From a virus (Duplodnaviria > Caudoviricetes): a stretch of DNA of 64,000 nucleotides. Positions within the stretch are counted from its first letter, which is position 1, and each line of letters opens with the position of its first letter. The notes beneath the pieces are model-generated. The model did no database searches and had not been told where the DNA came from. It saw only the letters and a list, made by a program, of their open reading frames with translations. Below are positions 59,327-64,000 of this stretch, in pieces. The DNA is taken from the IMG/VR virus record IMGVR_UViG_3300024272_002379; one strand, written 5' to 3'. A program made the position numbers and the translations under genes.

Positions 59327-61201
59327 TTAGGAACTCCTTTCCACCAACTGCGTTTGCAGTGATTTATAATTTGTTAAGTATTTAATTAAAGAGTCCTTAT
59401 AAATACTTATTCGGACATCTATAATATCAATAATTGAAGATTCCGTATTAGCAAATGTATTCATACCAACCATATCGCTATGTATTTGATTTGCCAAACG
59501 AGCTGACATGTTTGCTATTTTATTTTTTATATCTTCTGTATTGTCGGAACTTCTTGAGATAGTGTATAACATTTCTTTGTTACAAGCAACTATTTTTTCA
59601 TTCAATTTCGTTTGTAATATCTGTGTATCAGTTGCAAAACATTCTTTAATGTAATTATCTATTGAATTTTCCATATTGTCAATAGAATCCTTAACTAAAC
59701 CAATGGTTTTTGGGTCTAAACTATCTTTTTTACTTGAAGATTTCTTGTTTCCTGTACCACCAGAAGTTTTGCCACCTTGGTTTTTCTGTTTATTGTTTGT
59801 TTCACCAGTACCTTGCTGCTTAGCAGCTTCTTTTTGAGCCTGTAAATTAAGCTCTGCTTCAAGTCTAAGATTTTCTCTAGTAATAAGCTCAACAAACATT
59901 TTTTCTCTATCACCATCAGGAATTGGGTCTTTACCGAGTTCATCACGCATTTCATCTTCTGTGATAGCGTTATGTTCGTATTTGTAAATTGCATGAACCT
60001 CTTTCTTAATCATTACGTCAACTTCATTGTCATTGAACTTGAATTCAACAGCTTGGTCTGGATTAAGAACAGGGTCATAACCACCTTCCATGAGAAGTTC
60101 TTTTATAATGAAAGAGTTAAAGAACATTTCTATAACTCTACAGATAGCTCTTATTCTATCAGCCATTTCTGATGTCATATTATCGCCAGTGGAACGATTT
60201 GCTGTATTACCACGACCAAACATGATTTCAGGAATACCCATACCAGAAAATACTCTGGCTTCCATATATTTAAGATACGGTTCTGCATCTATAACTTTAT
60301 CAGAAGCAATTGGAGTGATTTTAACTCTTTCGGTAGTAACCAATCCACCTTCCACATCCATACCATCTAAGGCTGTCTTTAACTGGTCTACTTCTTTTGA
60401 TGTACCAGTTTGTTCTTCTGTACCAACAGCTATATGATAAAATGGATAGATGTTACGATACATCATCTTAAGAACATTTTCTTCCGCTTGTCTTAATGCC
60501 CTTACGTCATCAAGTACTGGGATTAAAAAACTTGTTCCGTAAGCATTCCCCTTTTCACGCTTATAATAGAAGTGGACCACATCTTCTGGAGAAAATGTTT
60601 GAGTACCTCCATCATTATCCTGTTGCCATTCGGTTATTGTTCCGTACTCGTCTCGTTTACATTTCATTGTAACTGGATTAGCACAAAAATAACCAACTAC
60701 TGGGTCTTTACCGTACAAACCTGTTACAGTTGTGCCTTGAGGTAAAGCATTTTGGTCGCTATTTCTTGCTTTAACAATCATACAGTTACCGTATTTTACA
60801 ACGTCTTCGGCTATATCCATGAGCAACTGATTTGTTGGAGTATTACTTGCCTCTGCGATATAAGCAAGTCTAAGTTTTAAGTATTCTACAGCATTTGAAT
60901 CTGTACCGTAAAAACTATAGCCTTCCTTAAATATCTGGTCTACGTATTTATCAACGCCTTGCCGTATGTAAGAGTCGGTATTGTATCCGTTTTGTATGTC
61001 GGCAAGGTCAAAATCTGGGTCTTCAAAGTCAGTATCATTATTTTCTTTGTATGTAACCCTTTTGACAAATTCAGATGCTAACTCTCTACCAGCACCACCG
61101 CCGCTTCCTGATGCATCCTTTTCAATTCCAGATACGGGCAATAATTCTTTAAAGAATCTTTTGGCTACGAACATTTTAATTCGATTCATATATTTCACCA
61201 T
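59327..61201 (-). CDS. Portal protein
   Basis: DVVKYGN...FSPEDVVHF...AYGTSFLIPV...GRGNTANRSTG...AITEDEMRDELGKDP; lies between the terminase and the protease. Confidence 0.88.
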   Translation of the reverse strand: MVKYMNRIKMFVAKRFFKELLPVSGIEKDASGSGGGAGRELASEFVKRVTYKENNDTDFEDPDFDLADIQNGYNTDSYIRQGVDKYVDQIFKEGYSFYGTDSNAVEYLKLRLAYIAEASNTPTNQLLMDIAEDVVKYGNCMIVKARNSDQNALPQGTTVTGLYGKDPVVGYFCANPVTMKCKRDEYGTITEWQQDNDGGTQTFSPEDVVHFYYKREKGNAYGTSFLIPVLDDVRALRQAEENVLKMMYRNIYPFYHIAVGTEEQTGTSKEVDQLKTALDGMDVEGGLVTTERVKITPIASDKVIDAEPYLKYMEARVFSGMGIPEIMFGRGNTANRSTGDNMTSEMADRIRAICRVIEMFFNSFIIKELLMEGGYDPVLNPDQAVEFKFNDNEVDVMIKKEVHAIYKYEHNAITEDEMRDELGKDPIPDGDREKMFVELITRENLRLEAELNLQAQKEAAKQQGTGETNNKQKNQGGKTSGGTGNKKSSSKKDSLDPKTIGLVKDSIDNMENSIDNYIKECFATDTQILQTKLNEKIVACNKEMLYTISRSSDNTEDIKNKIANMSARLANQIHSDMVGMNTFANTESSIIDIIDVRISIYKDSLIKYLTNYKSLQTQLVERSS

Positions 61202-61213
61202 CCCGCCTTAATT

Positions 61214-61223
61214 TATAATATAC
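61214..61223 (-). promoter_or_regulatory. Candidate phage late-promoter motif GTATATTATA
   Basis: Same 10-mer, in the 26-nt gap upstream of the portal gene. Confidence 0.5.
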
Positions 61224-61227
61224 TTCG

Positions 61228-62265
61228 TCAATTCTGCGAATTGTAGTTAAAACTAGCGTAAATATTCATTAAAAAATGCTTTTCTTGTTCTAAACTAGCT
61301 ACTTCTGATAAAAAGTGTTGATTTCCAACAAATGTTCTATTGATATTAGTAACTGCATTGTCCAGATGTTTTTTGCATTTTTCGATTTTACTTCCTATGA
61401 AGACAGATTCTTGATTCTCACTAAATATATCATATAGAGCAATTATTTTTTGTCGTTCAATATAATAATTGTATAATGTTTTCTGCATTATTTCAACACT
61501 TTGTTGCTCTCTATATGAAGCTTTTCGATATTCTATTTCTTCATTTACCTCTTCAAAAAGCTTTTTTATTAGTGATGCTTTTGATGGATTCGTAGAAGAA
61601 TCCTCTAATTTAGTTACAACATTTGCCATATCTATTGCTTTTTTATTTATACCAAAAGCATACATTGATACGGAGCGACTTAAAAGCGAGTCATACGATA
61701 TACTTAGATAATTTATTTTCTGAGTATCATTACTTGTCTCATATGATTGCATTTTTTGCAAATAAGCATTGTCGATACTTTGTACTTCTTCTAATGTAAG
61801 ATTTGAATTACCATAACATAACTCCTTAAGGGTTTCTTGCAATGATTCAAGCCTCTGTTCTGTATTATGTATTGCACCGATTAATTCAGGAACGATACTG
61901 CCTGTAATATTGTTTTTATGATATTCAATAAAATTGTTAATATATTCTTCATTGCCACTTTCGATAGCACTTAAAAATGAAGATATTTCACCATACTGAC
62001 TCCAATTTCCATTTTTAAATGAAGTTGCCAATTTATCAATTAACGTTTTCATACTATTTATAGCATAATCAATATTAACAAGAGCATTACTAGGAAGATT
62101 ATTTGCAAAACTATTTAAAGTTTTACTGTACTTTACCTTTCCAGAATAATCAGTAGCAGAGGAGGTGTCTAACACTTGCTCCTCTGCGTTATTGCTCTTT
62201 TTATATTCTAACGTAGGTTTATATCCGATGACTGCTCCGCTGTCTTCAAGCTGATTTATACCCAT
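61228..62265 (-). CDS. Hypothetical helical protein between terminase and portal
   Basis: 345-aa ORF whose start overlaps the terminase stop; no motif recognised. Confidence 0.6.
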   Translation of the reverse strand: MGINQLEDSGAVIGYKPTLEYKKSNNAEEQVLDTSSATDYSGKVKYSKTLNSFANNLPSNALVNIDYAINSMKTLIDKLATSFKNGNWSQYGEISSFLSAIESGNEEYINNFIEYHKNNITGSIVPELIGAIHNTEQRLESLQETLKELCYGNSNLTLEEVQSIDNAYLQKMQSYETSNDTQKINYLSISYDSLLSRSVSMYAFGINKKAIDMANVVTKLEDSSTNPSKASLIKKLFEEVNEEIEYRKASYREQQSVEIMQKTLYNYYIERQKIIALYDIFSENQESVFIGSKIEKCKKHLDNAVTNINRTFVGNQHFLSEVASLEQEKHFLMNIYASFNYNSQN

Positions 62266-64000
62266 TAGAATTTCCTCCTCTGATATGTGCTGGCTCTTTT
62301 GTTAACAGTCTGATTACTAAAATTAGTTACTCCAATAATTCCATAAGTACTACTTGGAGCAAATGAGCCAAATAACTTTTCTTCGTCTTCGTCAAATGCA
62401 CGACTCTTAACATCAACATCACGGTTATCAAGTGTTCCGATGAATACTGTCTTTATTGAGAAAACTTTCTTTAAGAGAGTACCATATTTCTGTTCAAATA
62501 TCAATAATGCCAAATTCATTGAGTCAATAGCATGTTCATTTTCATCAGTATACTGAGGCAAGCCTGATGAACTAATAGATTTAACACGATACTCTTCAAG
62601 CTGTTGAATCATGGTTTTATCCTTAGGGTCAAGAACAATCTTGCCTTTTTCAAATAGATTAACTGAATTGTTAACCATAAATGGTTTAAGATGTTTTTGG
62701 TCTTTCTTTCGAGTATATGGGTCAGTTACTTCAATTTTTTGTGAGAACTGATAACCAATAACTTTATCAGCAAGTCCTGTTTCTGGATGTTCTTCACCAT
62801 ATTTATGAAGCATTTCAAGCTGAACTTCACCATAACCACGGTCAATTGCTATCCAATCGAATTTATATTCATCATTTAATTCGATAATTTTATTCATTGC
62901 ATTTACATATGTAAATTCTGAACGAGCAATTTCTATACGGAATAACATTTTGAAGATAGGTACGATACGACCTTCTGCATCTTGATGGAACCTATCAAAT
63001 TCCATACATACCATATTGGTAGCCGCTGCATATTTATCCCAGTCAACACCAAGAATTCTGATACACTGACCCTGAGTACGCTTAAGATATGATTCTCTGT
63101 CTTCTGGAGCCCATTTAGTAATGTATCTATATTTAAGTCTTTCACCTTCCATAATGGCTTGCTGAATGTATTTCTTCTGGTATACACCGAGTTCTTCTTC
63201 ACCAAACTCAGCCATAACTTCTTGGACATAACGCATTTCAGATAATTCATCTCGAATGTCTTCAAGATATGTCTGTAATGTATCAGGGTTCATCTTAAGA
63301 AGTTCTTTATTAACGTTTGAAGGGGCATAGATTTCAGTCCAACCATTACCTTCACCAACGGCTTTTTCTTCTATCTGATATCCACTAAATCTATTGTTCT
63401 TAATGTCTTCCTGTGTAGGGAAATACTTTTTAGAAGCACCAGTACACCAACGATAATACTCTTCATGTTTACCAGATGGTGTTGAGGCACAAATAAGTCG
63501 AATACGTTCAGGAGCTTCGTTACGAATATTAAGGATATTAGTAACCTGACTAGAACCTATGTAATCACATTCATCAAGGATAATAACATCGGCACGCTGA
63601 CCACGAGTAGAATTCGCTCCGCCAGATGCATTGTTAGCACCAGCAGTAAGTCCTAATATATTGGAAGTAACTCCATTAATATTAAAACAAATATTATGAT
63701 GAACGTCTCTTGAGAGTAATCCCATAAGTAATGGAGATATTTCTATTAACTGATGAAGACGCTTAAAAATTAAGTCAATCTGTGTCTCATATGGTGTTGC
63801 AATGATAATATCATATTGATTATTTGGACCTTTATTATATTGCGTGTATGCAAACCAGAGAATCAATACGCACATATCGTCTGTTTTTCCAAGACGACGA
63901 CCCAATCTGAGTACTAATTTCTTGGATTTTTTACCTTCTGTTAATATAGCAAACTGATAATCTCTTGCTTCCCAGTCTAAGTATACCTTAGCCCAGAGAA
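62265..64000 (-). CDS. terL: Terminase large subunit (5' end outside window)
   Basis: The frame stays open past 63905 (LWAKVYLDWEARDYQ...). Walker A GRRLGKT, Walker B VIILDE, coupling motif ASTP and nuclease LGVDWD...AIDRGYG...EHAIDS. Confidence 0.93.
   Translation of the reverse strand, partial: LWAKVYLDWEARDYQFAILTEGKKSKKLVLRLGRRLGKTDDMCVLILWFAYTQYNKGPNNQYDIIIATPYETQIDLIFKRLHQLIEISPLLMGLLSRDVHHNICFNINGVTSNILGLTAGANNASGGANSTRGQRADVIILDECDYIGSSQVTNILNIRNEAPERIRLICASTPSGKHEEYYRWCTGASKKYFPTQEDIKNNRFSGYQIEEKAVGEGNGWTEIYAPSNVNKELLKMNPDTLQTYLEDIRDELSEMRYVQEVMAEFGEEELGVYQKKYIQQAIMEGERLKYRYITKWAPEDRESYLKRTQGQCIRILGVDWDKYAAATNMVCMEFDRFHQDAEGRIVPIFKMLFRIEIARSEFTYVNAMNKIIELNDEYKFDWIAIDRGYGEVQLEMLHKYGEEHPETGLADKVIGYQFSQKIEVTDPYTRKKDQKHLKPFMVNNSVNLFEKGKIVLDPKDKTMIQQLEEYRVKSISSSGLPQYTDENEHAIDSMNLALLIFEQKYGTLLKKVFSIKTVFIGTLDNRDVDVKSRAFDEDEEKLFGSFAPSSTYGIIGVTNFSNQTVNKRASTYQRRKF

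Larger units (their letters stand above)
1..64000 (-). mobile_element. Structural/morphogenesis region of a large myovirus-like bacteriophage (probable Firmicute host)
   Basis: Co-oriented terminase-portal-protease-capsid-neck-sheath-tube-chaperone-tape measure gene order. Very short intergenic gaps, GGAGG SD sites and no host housekeeping genes. Confidence 0.95.

Noticed and set aside
627-63265. Many short plus-strand ORFs and nested minus-strand ORFs in the track
   Set aside because: They overlap long, motif-bearing minus-strand genes and read as antisense or off-frame shadows with no recognisable domains.
55408-64000. Inteins or introns in terminase, portal or capsid genes
   Set aside because: The ORFs are continuous and of ordinary length, with no intein splice motifs or homing endonuclease. 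The terminase 5' end lies outside the window and was not assessed.

Overview
The whole 64 kb is one densely packed, minus-strand virion morphogenesis region of a large contractile-tailed (myovirus-like) phage. The host is probably a Firmicute, given the GGAGG ribosome-binding sites, peptidoglycan-binding domains and an XkdX-like domain. Reading right to left, it encodes the terminase large subunit (runs off the right edge), portal, prohead protease/scaffold, head decoration protein and major capsid protein. Next come about 27 kb of accessory fibre and adhesin-like genes, neck proteins, two sheath paralogs, a tail tube with tube paralogs, two paralogous tail chaperones, a 1994-aa tape-measure-like protein, a 3148-aa giant protein and a baseplate/tail-tip gene (runs off the left edge). 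The main find is the 3148-aa protein in the tape-measure slot. It has both halves of a two-barrel RNA polymerase active site (K..K motif, RxP and NVDFDGD), an N-terminal DEDDh 3'-5' exonuclease and a C-terminal membrane segment. The neighbouring tape measure carries a PD-(D/E)XK nuclease and a degenerate SNase domain. Together they look like a tail-loaded, injected transcription-plus-nuclease system. Other observations are a tube-initiator fold split over two genes around cell-wall-binding domains, chaperone duplication in place of the usual G/GT frameshift, a frameshifted neck gene, a repeated x-D-S candidate maturation-cleavage motif, a candidate late-promoter motif (GTATATTATA) and apparent GATC avoidance. 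All calls come from reading motifs and gene order by eye; no database searches were run.
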